Assembly: GCA_037379345.1 (NCBI GenBank)
Contig: CM074513.1
Span: forward strand, 32,112,885 to 32,176,884
Length of the DNA stretch: 64,000 nt
Direction: 5' to 3'
DNA from: Perna viridis
Taxonomy: Eukaryota
Part shown: positions 40,491-52,900 of the stretch, piece by piece
Position numbering within the stretch: position 1 is the first letter of the stretch
Layout: the number at the start of each line of letters is the position of its first letter
Notes under the pieces: generated by a model
Database searches by the model: none
The model's input: only the letters and a program-made list of their open reading frames with translations
What the model was told of the DNA's origin: nothing
Program-made: the position numbers and the translations under genes

Positions 40491-40698
40491 CTATGAAAGT
40501 ACTATTGTTCGTAGAGTACCAATTTTTCGCGATTTTCATGGGTAGGCCACGCCACAAAATTTGGTTCCCAACAATAAAAGGAGATTTCCAATGATGTGTA
40601 CACTGAAAACCTCAAAACCATGAATCAATAATCCACAAACTTGTGTTTCTTTCCTAATCTACTGAAATTGGTACCCACAAATTAAAATATTCTCACAG
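40491..40698. mobile_element. Tc1/mariner-type MITE (TA target duplication), in or near the HTT 3' UTR
   Basis: TA-ctatgaaagtactattgttc...attctcacag-TA; closely similar to 48617-48822. Confidence 0.75.
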
Positions 40699-40930
40699 TA
40701 TCAGGAAATGTATACACATATGACACTAGCATAACCTTACACCCACAACCTGAAATGTTACCAAGTCTACTGTTCCAGTTATACATAAAAATAGCATTAA
40801 GACTCCTTCTGCAGTCATCACATACACACACATGGTATAGTGAGCAACACTTTTAACAAAAAAACATCACTAATACATCTACATCATAATCAACAACATA
40901 AATGCATATCCAAACTCTTTGAAAGTGAGA

Positions 40931-43900
40931 TCACTTTTTAATATCGCCAATAAGTTCCAGTAGCTGTGTATAAGGTGGTCCCAATGATACTACCATCTGG
41001 AATGTTGATAGGAATGCTCGAAGCTGAGCATCATCATTTAGTTGGTTGTAAAAACTAAGTGCTGCTAAACAAAACAAACGAGTGTCCACAACTTCCATCT
41101 TTCCCATTCTGTTTATAATGTGTGGAAATCTGACAAAGTATTAAGGAAAAAATCACTGGTTTATATTGCTTATAGTACATGTACTTAAGTGAAAGCTTTT
41201 AAAAATACCTGCTTAAGTCCTTTTCCCATTTTTTCAGCTTTTAAAGGGGAATATTCATTTATACCTGTTTCCAGCCTTGTTATTTACTGAAATCTAACCT
41301 TACCCACTAAAAAGAATTATTGACAACCATTTTGCTGTACCTGTGTTTAATGTTGTTTAGGAGCCAGCTGCAGTCTGCCCTGTGATGAGAGGATTTCCTC
41401 GACCTCCATTGAAGACCCATGGGTGGCCTTGAGCTGACATTTTTAATTCTTTTGGGGTTGTTATCTCTTTGACATATTTATCATATGCCGTCTTATTATA
41501 TTATAAAAATATTCTTGTTTTAGAAGATGATAAAACCCAAACAAAAAAAGATTTATCAGGCACAGACCATTTTCAGGAGGGGGGGGTGTATTTTATTTTA
41601 TTTTAATATTTTGTCAAAAGTTATCTTGATACAATAGGCTTTTATGGATAAAATATTTAAGTTGTTGACACATGTAGACAAAATCTTCTGCAAAGAAAAA
41701 GGTAAAGAAAGTGTTTTTTTGCCATTTGACAGAATTTATGCACTTTGGTCCAATTTTGCACAAAGGTTTCCATTTATATGGAATGAACTGCAAAAATGGT
41801 TTTGTTAGCAAAGAAAGCACAAATTTTCCTAAATATATTGCAACATCCATAAACATTTGACAGAGTTTTGCAGAATTCCATATAAATCAACTTCCTTTTA
41901 AAAAAGACATGTGGACCGATAGACCAACCATTATATATACTGTGTAAACCAAAAGACATGTGGACCAATAAACCAACCATTATATATTGTACTGTGTAAA
42001 CCAAAAGACATGTGGACCAATAAACCAACCATTATATATCGTACTGTGTAAACCAAAAGACATGTGGACCAATAAACCAACCATTATATATCGTACTGTG
42101 TAAAGCAAAAGAAATGTGGACCAATAAACCAACCATTATATATCATACTATATAAACCAAAAGACGTGGACCAATAAACCAACCATTATATATCGTACTG
42201 TGTAAACCAAAAGAATTCTATAAACCTAAACATAAGGGTATTATATACACTACATTTTTTCTCATTTTAGTCTCCATAATATTTTTTTTATTTTCGATAT
42301 GGGGAAGGCAACAGCTTTTTTTAATTTTAATTTTTTTTCAAATTTCTAATGAAAAGCATCGAAATTACAATTAGCTCCAATCCAGTTTTGAATTAGTTTT
42401 GCAAAGATATGAGTGTAAGTATAACTAGTCTTTGTAAAATTAGTACACTTAATACAGACTTATGGTTCAGATGCAAAATAAACCTAATAAATTAGTCACT
42501 TTTCTCTCCCAGCGCTTACAGTATATTGACATGTGTTGCAGTGGATTAAGTACTAAAGGTTGTCTACTTTGTGTCCAATGCAACACTTATTAACAAAAGG
42601 GAAGTTCCAGGAGAGAAAAGTGAATCATAAAGATGTAGGTTATGTTACTATTAAACTGTAAACTTTGTAGACAGAATGTATATTATCACTATTTTGTTTA
42701 AAATCCCTTTGATCTTGCTATACGATAATTTACAATATCACGCCAGTTGAGTGAGAATGAAAATTATCGCTAGTTTCTATGTCCTCGTTTGACATACAAG
42801 CAACAGCGTAGGAATATTTGACGACCTAAATAATCGTCTGTTTGTTTACTGTGTATGAAATAATGGCTAATTTGTGGCATTATTTTCTAGTCTATAATGG
42901 AAAATGATTTAATACAGTAACTTACCTGATACAAATGAATAAATCTCTAAATTATTCCACTCATTTTCAACGTGAGCGTCATAGTTAACCGATTTTTTTC
43001 AAATGATGTGTATCACAGCTGCACAACATATGTGATGTCACATAGCACGTCGCCGAAAAATAGTCCAGAAAGGAAACTTTGCAGCACTTAAAAAACTTAC
43101 ATATTTAGGTCAGGAAAATAAAAATAAAAGAAAACTAATACCTTACACTTCAGCAAAACAGCGATAAACAGATTATCAAATATTTTTTCAACTCGCGGGA
43201 TTTGCTCGACCAGATCAGCATGAGAAACTCCCTCTTGTTGAAAAAATATTAAATAATCTAATAACATCAATTCTAAGAAAAGTATGAATAAGCTTTTGAT
43301 GACACCACAACAAGTATTAACCTGCAAATTTGCAGTGAAAAAAACTAATCACTAATGAAGGATACAAAGATCTGAGCCATTTATTGGTTGATGCACTGAT
43401 GAAGAAACAGGTAAGACTCCAGATGGCTAATGAGATTGGAGTACGCTGAGTAAAGTTAGACAATGATAGCATCACCCAATCTTGTACTAGTAATGTCTGC
43501 TCTTGTTCCAGTAAATTACTGAATACCTGTTAAACAAAATAAAACACACACTTTACAAAATAAAGAAGATTTTGGTGAGTAGTCTAAAAGTATCTTCCAA
43601 TCAATTCTTTTCTTTTTCATTTAAGCCACTCTAAACAGATGTGGCATTATATACATATAAAGAATTTTTCAAAATGTGATTGTTGACAATCCTCCTCAAC
43701 AAATTTCAAATTGAAGAATTATCCTATCATTTCAAACTCTAAATTTCTTTAAAATTATTGCATAAGGAAGTGAAATTCAAATTCTCAAATTTTCATTGGT
43801 TAGATTTACTAAGAAAAAACTAGAATGATACACAACCTGAAAGACAACTTGTGCCACAAGCTGTGGGTAAGGCTGTTGACTAGAAATAAACTCTCCTATC

Positions 43901-46900
43901 ACTTTATTCATTATATCTTGAGGTGGGAAGAAATCAGCAAGGAAAGTTGGCAAGACTCTGGTGATCACTCTGGCTTCATATGGGTAGCCTTTCTTGATCC
44001 TAAAATAAAAAGAAATGAAGCCAGTATGTATTTATTATTTATAAGTTTGCTGACTGAATTGTTAAGTAGTACATGAATACAAAAAGATAAGGACTCTGAT
44101 GATGAACACTTTCCTAGATATATTATAATTGTTCTATATAGTATTATTCAGATACAGCAAAAAACATTTAAGCTTTATGTTGTACAGTGACTGATGATTA
44201 GAGAACATTGTAGCGCAAGTCATCAATTGCATAAAAATCTGCATAACTTTTTTTGACAATCCTGCTTATTAATATACCTTTGAGCTAGAAATCAATACCC
44301 ACCTTCTTTGTCACTAAAGCTTCCATCTGTGCAAGTTTTATTCAATTCAAATAAGGCAAACATAATTTATAAGGCAGCCAATAATTTTTATTTACTGGTA
44401 CATGTATATAAAAATCTCTTTTTAGTAAATGGTGACCTTTAACTGGCTTTTGAATTATAGTGGTGTCTATTTTGTGAATTAAGTTGTAATCTGTTTAGTG
44501 ACTATCTTAAGATGCTTGATGGTAACCAATTGTGAATGAAATGATGGGGGATTAAGCCTGAACTTTAACTGTCCTCTCATTTCCAAGAAATAGAACCATT
44601 TACAAACAAACCTATCAAACAGAACAGTGACCCTCTCCATGGCCAGTATGAGGGATTCTGGGTCCTGGTAGACTACATCAAAGTTGTAGGCACTGGTTTT
44701 CTTACTGGTGTCTCTAGGTACAGGGCTATACTGGTCATACTGCTTACCTGGGAAAAAATCAAATGAAGAAACAAATTTTATTTTTTTCCACTTGATAAAG
44801 CTATGAAAAACAAAAATACAGAAAATTAAAGAAGATATCCTTATTTATTGTATATAATTAGTTGTGTGACATCTATTTGTGTCTTGATAAGATAGGTTTT
44901 GGTTCTGGTCAAATAGTAATCACTGAAAGTTCTCTAAATAGAATGAAGTTCGACAGGTTTAATGGTAATATTGTCAATTATTTTCAAAACATTTCTTTTA
45001 CCTTATCAATTTTTTCATCAACAGGGAAACCAATCTGGGTAGTGGGTAAATATTGAAGAGGAAACGGAGTATTCATGACATTGATAAAAATGATGAGTTG
45101 AGATGAGGTCTGTAGACAAGATGTGTAGTGGTATTAAGGCCATTGAAAAAAAATGCTGGTTTATTACAAATTATGCATTTTTTTAAATTAATGAATAACA
45201 GGAAGAGAATTTTATGTTAATATGGTTTTTTTTTCTATGTTTCCAAAAATTCTAATTAACAGAAAGTATTGTTTGCAAAATGAAACAGATGTAATCAACA
45301 GTACCACAATGCTCCCTGGGGAGGGCTGTAATGAAGAAGAAGAACATATTTTACCGAAGTTTTCACCTTTTTGCAATAAATTTTCCACTTAAAACTCATT
45401 TCGTGGTCAAGCATGAATAAATTCAGATTTTCCCAAAAAGCGTTAAAAAGGATCAAGAAGGAGAAACAATCTAGGATATTCCTAGGGTAACCCCACCTCA
45501 TTCCAAATGGTAGGGAGGGATATACTATTGAAAAAGTGGAAATTTCAATGATGGCATTTCAAATGTACTTACCTAATCTTGTAGACATTTCTAGGAATAT
45601 GAATTTTATTTATGAATTGTTTTGTCAGATTATTTGTGAACTAATTTTTAGGTTTGTTTCTAAAATCTAATTCAGTATAAAATAAAGTTTATTGTCTCAC
45701 AAAATGAATATTTGTCTTACCTTTCTTATTTAAATTAAACTGTCTATGTAAGAAGCTTAAAAGAGACACAGTGTTATTAAAACAATTTTCAGACAATACC
45801 TTAGTTTACTAACGAGTGTTCAATTTGCAGTATAAACAGTATCATTTATTTAAATATCAGACTAAAAGAATCATGCAAATTATGTAATATGTGATACACC
45901 TCATAAAAGGCTACACATTTTTATTTTTATTATTTTAATAGTTGCTTTATAGGTCTATATGATGAAACTTGTAATTATTCATTCCAATCGGTCTGCTCTT
46001 GGGAGATAATCCTCATTAAAAACCCAATAATTTCTATTATATTTTAGTGTCACTTACAGAGTTATCTCCCTTAATTTTGAATTCTAAAGTGCATTCTATA
46101 TATCTTTTATCTCCTAAGAGCACAGGTTATAAGAAAAGCCACATGTTAATTTTTGTTTTCTATAAAATTTTAAACAAAATATCAAAATAAAAATATGTAG
46201 GCTTTTCAACCACTAATCACATTTTGCATGATTCTTAGCTGGAGTGCTACTTAAAAACATGAAAAATCATTCAGATCACCCAGACTACACCAGAGACACA
46301 ATTTATAACATACCTGAATACATACACGTAAAGACCAAACCTAAAGCAGCTAGAGACCTCTGTGGACTAGGCAAACATAACCTACAAAGTAAAAACAATC
46401 ATAATGTTAAGCTCCAATTATTTAAAAATTCTCTGGTCATTATTTAGAAAATTTCATGAGTCTCTTTTCCATATAAAAATTCTAATTAGCTTATGAGTTC
46501 GGGGGATTCTTCTTTTCATGTGTACACTGTAAAGGGTACTTCAATCAGTGCAATACAATAATAAATGATATTCTGTTTATTACATGATATTCTGAATCAC
46601 TATTTATCATTTCATGCATACCTGTCAACCCCAAGTTTCATGATAACTTCTGAGTCTTGTTGTGATAGTACATCTGTTAACAGGAGTCTCTCAAGTCCTT
46701 TCAATATTGCCAGATAAACTGCAGTAGATACACTTTCTTCATTCCCTGAAGCTGTGGTTACTGCAAACTGAAATTTTATGTAAAACAATTTACATCCTGA
46801 ATTTTTATCAGTAGGTATTTATTTTTGTGATATGTGAAAAATTTTGTCAGTAAATCATCAAAGTCAGCATTTAAAAGGATGAGGAACACTTAGGGGTGTT

Positions 46901-49900
46901 TTTGCCTAAACTAATCAAAATTTTCAACATTGAAGTAGATTGAAACCAATATGTATACTGGTGCATGTATTTGTTGAGTGAAAAGACATTAACATATCAG
47001 AACTTGTTAGTGATGAAAGAAGTTATAACATCAAATCTTGAATAATAGCTTCTTTTTGAAATCAAAATCAGGAAATAAGACAGACAAGTCTGGAAAAAAA
47101 TTTAAAATTCTGATTGTATCACAAACTAAATACTATGTGCCCTTCTGTCTAAATCAGCGAGTGGCTATATTATCAATGATCTTCTTAACATGTTTAAACA
47201 TTTTCAATCTCATTTCCAACTGAAATGCTGACCTGTAAAATTTTACTTGGAAATTCTAGATCTTTCAGATCAACATGATAGTTTTCCATTATGTAGAAAG
47301 CTGTGGCCCACATTGTAAGGACATAGGTTTGACTAGTTATGCATGTTCTGAAAGATACATTTACATCATTTAGAGAATGTAGATATATATGTCATGTCTT
47401 ACTGAAATAAATAAATAAATGAAAGAAGAGAGTCCTAATTCAATACACTCAGAAAATTACAAAAATCAAAATAAAACAATAAATAGATATCTTTCGCTAT
47501 GAAATTTATCTTTTTTTAAGTTTTAATCTTACATTTTGAGTTAATTTCATATCAGTCACCATAAAAAATGACAGAAAAGATGAATATACAGCCTTAATTT
47601 TAGAAAAGTAAAAATAAAACTTACTGATTAACAGAAGACAAGTTTTTCAGAAGAAAGTCAGTAGCGACAGGTATGATAGATTTATTAGCCTCCTGTATTC
47701 CTGCCTCTAACAGATATAGTATGCCATGTAAGGATGATATCCTACTGGGTAAGTGTGGAGTCTTTAGGCCAAAGTCCAAAATATTTATTATCTTAGAAGC
47801 TATAGAAGTATCCTAAAAATAGAATGGTTCCTTTCATCATCAATGGTAAGACAATTTAACAGGCTTTGAAGTAAACTAATATTACTAAACTAATTACCAG
47901 TAATACTCAATACCTGACAACTCTGCTTATAGTACTAGTTACACTGTATTATCTAATCCCTTTCCCCTCTTACTTCTGCAGCTGCTTCACAGATCCTTTA
48001 TTAAATGACTTGTAACTACATTGTATTTAATCCAATACCACTCCTATTGCTGAAGCAGCCTTACAGAACTCGTGGATTGTTACTGTGTATCCATCTACAC
48101 CATGAGAACTGATTTGTTCAATGGATCTCATAATTTTCCTTTCATCTTTCATCTACCCCAGACTTGACTTTTTATGTATTTCTAGAAAAACTGAGTATGC
48201 TTACCCTACCAGTACACCTGGTCCATGCTCCAAATTTTTAGTGGAGTCCAAGTTGCTTATTTACTTTTGTTACTTTGAATGTGTTATTTTAGTTATTTCA
48301 TGTTAGTCATTTTGATGTCTAGTCTTTATCCATAGCTTACATTCTTTTGATTTCTGCTAGAATCTTGGTTCCCTTTACTCTACATTAAAGGACTGATTAC
48401 AATTTTTCCTTACCACTCCTACAACTGCTGCTGCCTTACAGATCCCAACATTAAGGTACTGGTTTATCATTTCATCTTCAGCCGGATGTATCTTTTGTGT
48501 TTCTAATAGCACATTTAACATCCATTCATACTGATCTCTCTCAACAAACACATCAGACAGACAAACAACCTACAATGGTAACTTAAAGTTAGTGTCTCTA
48601 GCCACATATTACATTACTGTGAAAGTACTATTGTTCAAGGGTTACCAATTTTCATGGTTTTTGAGGGAAGACTAAACCACAAAATCTGGTTCCCAACGAA
48701 TAAGAGATTCCCATTGATGTGTACACGGAAAACATTCAAACCACAAATTCAAGAATCCACGAACTTGTGTTTCTTTGCTGAACCACGAAAATTGGTATCC
48801 ACGAATTAAAGTACTTTCACAGTAGTACATATCAGAAATAGATTGTCATACATATTCAACAGAAATATAAATAATTACAGTACTTAAGTCAGATCAACTT
48901 TGACTTTAAGCTCAATGATGAAGCAATATTTTTGACTGAAAAAGAGAACATGAGACTAACATACATACTCCATAAATTGGTAGTTAATGTAATATCACTC
49001 ACAGACTTGACGACTTCATTTCTGAGCATAAGAGGTGGTTTAGGGCTGGCTTGACTAGACAACCACTGACCATAAAGGTCTATCAGAAACTGTAAACAGG
49101 AGTTAATATCTATACTGCTGAATGTCATGGACCGTTCCCTTTTCTCTATAGTAATTAGCGGGAATTGTTGTTGGCCTTTTTGTGCTGACTCTGGTGGATC
49201 ATCTGGAGACTCGGATGTATCGGACTCAACAATCCTGTTACTAAGTGCTCCCACCACAGACCATATACTCTCTATAGATATCTGAAATACAAAAGCATTC
49301 AATAGTACACAGGTGTCCTCAGAAACCGTAATATACAATATTATATGAATTACAATACCAATAAGCAGAGCCACAGATCATTTTTTTCTACTAAGAAATG
49401 TAAAAGTTACCTGTCCTAAATTAAAGTTTTCTATGGCAAGTCCTCTCTCTAGAATACTATCAAAAGTTACTTGTCCTAAACTGAAGTTTTCTATGGCAAG
49501 TTCTCTCTCTAGATTACTATCAAACATTACTTGTCCTAAATTGAAGTTTTCTATGGCAAGTTCTCTCTCTTGATTACTATCAAAAGTACCTGTCCTAAAT
49601 TGAAGTTTTCTATGCCAAGTTCTCTCTCTAGATTACTATCAAACATATATCTCAGTAACTTATTGTCATCTTTACCACCATTGTAATACAGCTGTCTACT
49701 GTTACTGAAACACAAAAACACACTTATGTATAAGACACTGCATGTTAAAATAAACAATAGTTGAACAGTCAGTTCTATACCAGCCATAATTACACTCTTA
49801 ATAGACTGGATAAAAATGATTCATGACTTTCTGTAAACATGGTAAATACAGAATAACAGCAGTTTTAAAGTTGAGGGAGAGAAAAATCAAAGCAGTCTCA

Positions 49901-52900
49901 TAAGGGGAAATCTGATGTTCTGTTGAAAATTTTGAAACTCCAGTTATTCTGTTATTATCAGCAATGCTACAATCGATTTGATTGTCACACTGTCATTGGC
50001 AATTGCCAATATTTTCAAGTATCGTGGCAGTAGCCGGAGATAGAAAATACTAAGCAGTAAGAACAATTGGTAAACAATAAAGTTGCCGTTAAAATATAAT
50101 AATCTAAAATACACTACATGTATTCTGAATATACAATAGTGGTACCCTTCACAGACTTATTGTCAATTTATTCATATCTAACAATTTTCTTTAAAATTGG
50201 TAACAAAGTCACAGTATTTTTTTTCAAGTATGCATCAAGTCAACAAATCCTGATTATCAATATATCAGAAGAGCTTACCTTCTATTATATAGGTTCTGGA
50301 CCTCTTGTTCTATAATACCTCTGATTGATGTTAACTTTTTACCACATCTATAAAAGAAAAACTTAAATTGAGTTTTTCTTCATACTAACAAATATAAAAT
50401 ACAAAAAAATCAATAAGGCACCAGAAAACTTATTTATAAGGTTTAAATAAATTTTATAGGTTTAGGGTATTTTTGTGTATTTACACACGTTTTAAACAGA
50501 AATCATTTTCAGAGCATGGAGATCAATACATAAGAATTGGCCACGAATGACAGATTATGAAACAACTGTAATAGCAAGTAATAACAACCCTCTGTATTTT
50601 TTTGTCAAAACCTCCATGGTAAATGCTTTTACAGCTGGAAATGAGTACTTTGAGACTTAATATTTCAATTACTTTCAACAATTTTCTTTATCAAAAGTAT
50701 GTTTTTAAATTTAAAAAATCTCAAAATTTAACTAGAACCAGAAACTGGACTTACCCAATTTTCCCAACTATTGACTTTGTTTCACAAGCCATTTTATACA
50801 CCTGGTGTCAATTTTGTCAGGTTTCCAAATAAAATAATCAAATTTATACAGCTACTGGCCTTTACATGATATTATTGAGTGAGAATAAAGTTCTTTCCTT
50901 TAAATATTTATAGGAAATACCCTATTAAGGTAAATAAATTGACTGATCTAGTCCAAAATATCTATCTTTTGTGTTACAAAATTCTAACCCAATTCATTTC
51001 TAGAAAAACTTTTTTAAATATGTTTTGACCTTCAAAAAATGTAATGCATACGATACATTTATGTGTATTATACACACTGAAATACTGAAAATAATTTGCA
51101 TTAACATCACACGGAACCGATTTAATACATACTTCTTTTGAATATCAAAATTCTTGCTAGTGTTGAAACAGAAAAAAATAACATCTTCAAAGTACCTTGT
51201 ATGTAAGAATCCCAGAGGTTTATCTCTTGGTCTCATTTCATATACACTGTTACTAGGGTTACCAGGTATAGGGGTCAAAGTTGATTGAAGTAACATAGAG
51301 GTCACACACTTCACAGCTACAACCATACATTGTGATCTTTCTACTTCCTCCTGAAAATAGAAGTTAAGCAAGTTTAAACTTCTGAGTATGACTCCTGTCA
51401 TTTCTCATTTAAAACTAAAACATTCTAAATAGATTCATTGAATAAAAAATAGTATATAAACAGTATAAACATTTAACCATAGGCATACATTATGAAATAG
51501 ATTCAAGCTTCATTTAACATTTTCATTGTCTCTATGTCAGTGTAATACCTCAGGGCTGACTATTTCTTCTGTTTCCTCATCTACACTAACAGGGTTTAAT
51601 ATGGGCAGTAAACTCATCCATGTTTCTTCAAACTGTTGTCTATTTATCCAACCTAAATTACACAAAAATAGAATGAAACAAAAACTTGGTATCAAACATA
51701 TATATTTTTGTTAAATACATGACTTAAGTAATAATGGTCAGGTATTTCTGGACTCTACAACTTTAACAATTATCGTAAATTAAATTTTAAAAAAAATGAC
51801 ACTCACTAATATTGAATTGAAGACTTGCTATGACAAAACCCATTACAGACCTAAGATTATTGTGCAAAGGTGAATTAGAACATACAAAGATCAAATATTT
51901 ACCAAAAGTGTTAACTCGGAAGACAAATTCCTTGAGCACATCTTTGTCCTGAAGTAAATCTAGTGGCAAGGGAGGTAACTGTGTTCTTGGGTTCCCTGTT
52001 GGTGTTGGTGCCCAACCTAACTTCCATACAATACCAGGTATCCTGGCATAACTGTTTATAACAGTCTGTCTACTTAAACCTGTCATAAAAAGTAAGTATG
52101 TGACTACTTAAATCTGCCATATAAAGTAAGTATGTGACTACTTAAACCTGTCATAAAAAGAAAGTATGTGACTACTTAAACCTGTCATAAAATGTAAGTA
52201 CTGTAAAAGTATTAATTTTCGCTGTGTACTAATATTTGCTATTTTGGCGGTGAATATAAAAGCATGAAAAATAGTACCGGCGAAATTGATTTTTAACACT
52301 TACCATTTTTTTTTATCTGCTAAAATTGATACCTGAGAATGTGCTCACTTGACAAAATCCTCAAAAATTAGCAACTGCAAAAATTAATACGTTTACAGTA
52401 TGTGACTACTTAAATCTTCCCAATTTAAGGTAAATTACGTTAAAAAAAAATCAAATTGATGCACATTGTAATTCACAAAATTCCATACTTTATTTTCAAA
52501 TATGAATCAACCATTGTTTTTACCAAAAGCTATGTTCAAACAGTAAAATTCAGTTTAATTTTACCAAAGGTAGAGAGTGATATATTTTTTGTGACTGAAC
52601 AATTATGTCAAGAAATAAAGTGATTTGTTACAATAAATCATAAGCCTGTATGTACTAACCTAAGATAATGTTCTTGACATAATTACTGATGAAGGATGGT
52701 AACAATTTGGATGGTCCTTTCAACCTTGTATGTAGACAAATGATAAGATCTGAAACTCTATCACAGGCCTTTAACACATGCTGGAAATCTACAAAATAAT
52801 TGACATTTGCACAATAGCATTCTGATTAATCACAGTCAAACCTTGTTAAGTCAAAGTTGAAGGAACCATGCAATTAGTGTTCGAGTTATCCAAGATTCGA

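Noticed and set aside
41900-42213. 52-bp repeat as a CRISPR array or coding repeat
   Set aside because: Head-to-tail near-identical units without spacers; the ORF 41774-42028 is a repeat artefact.
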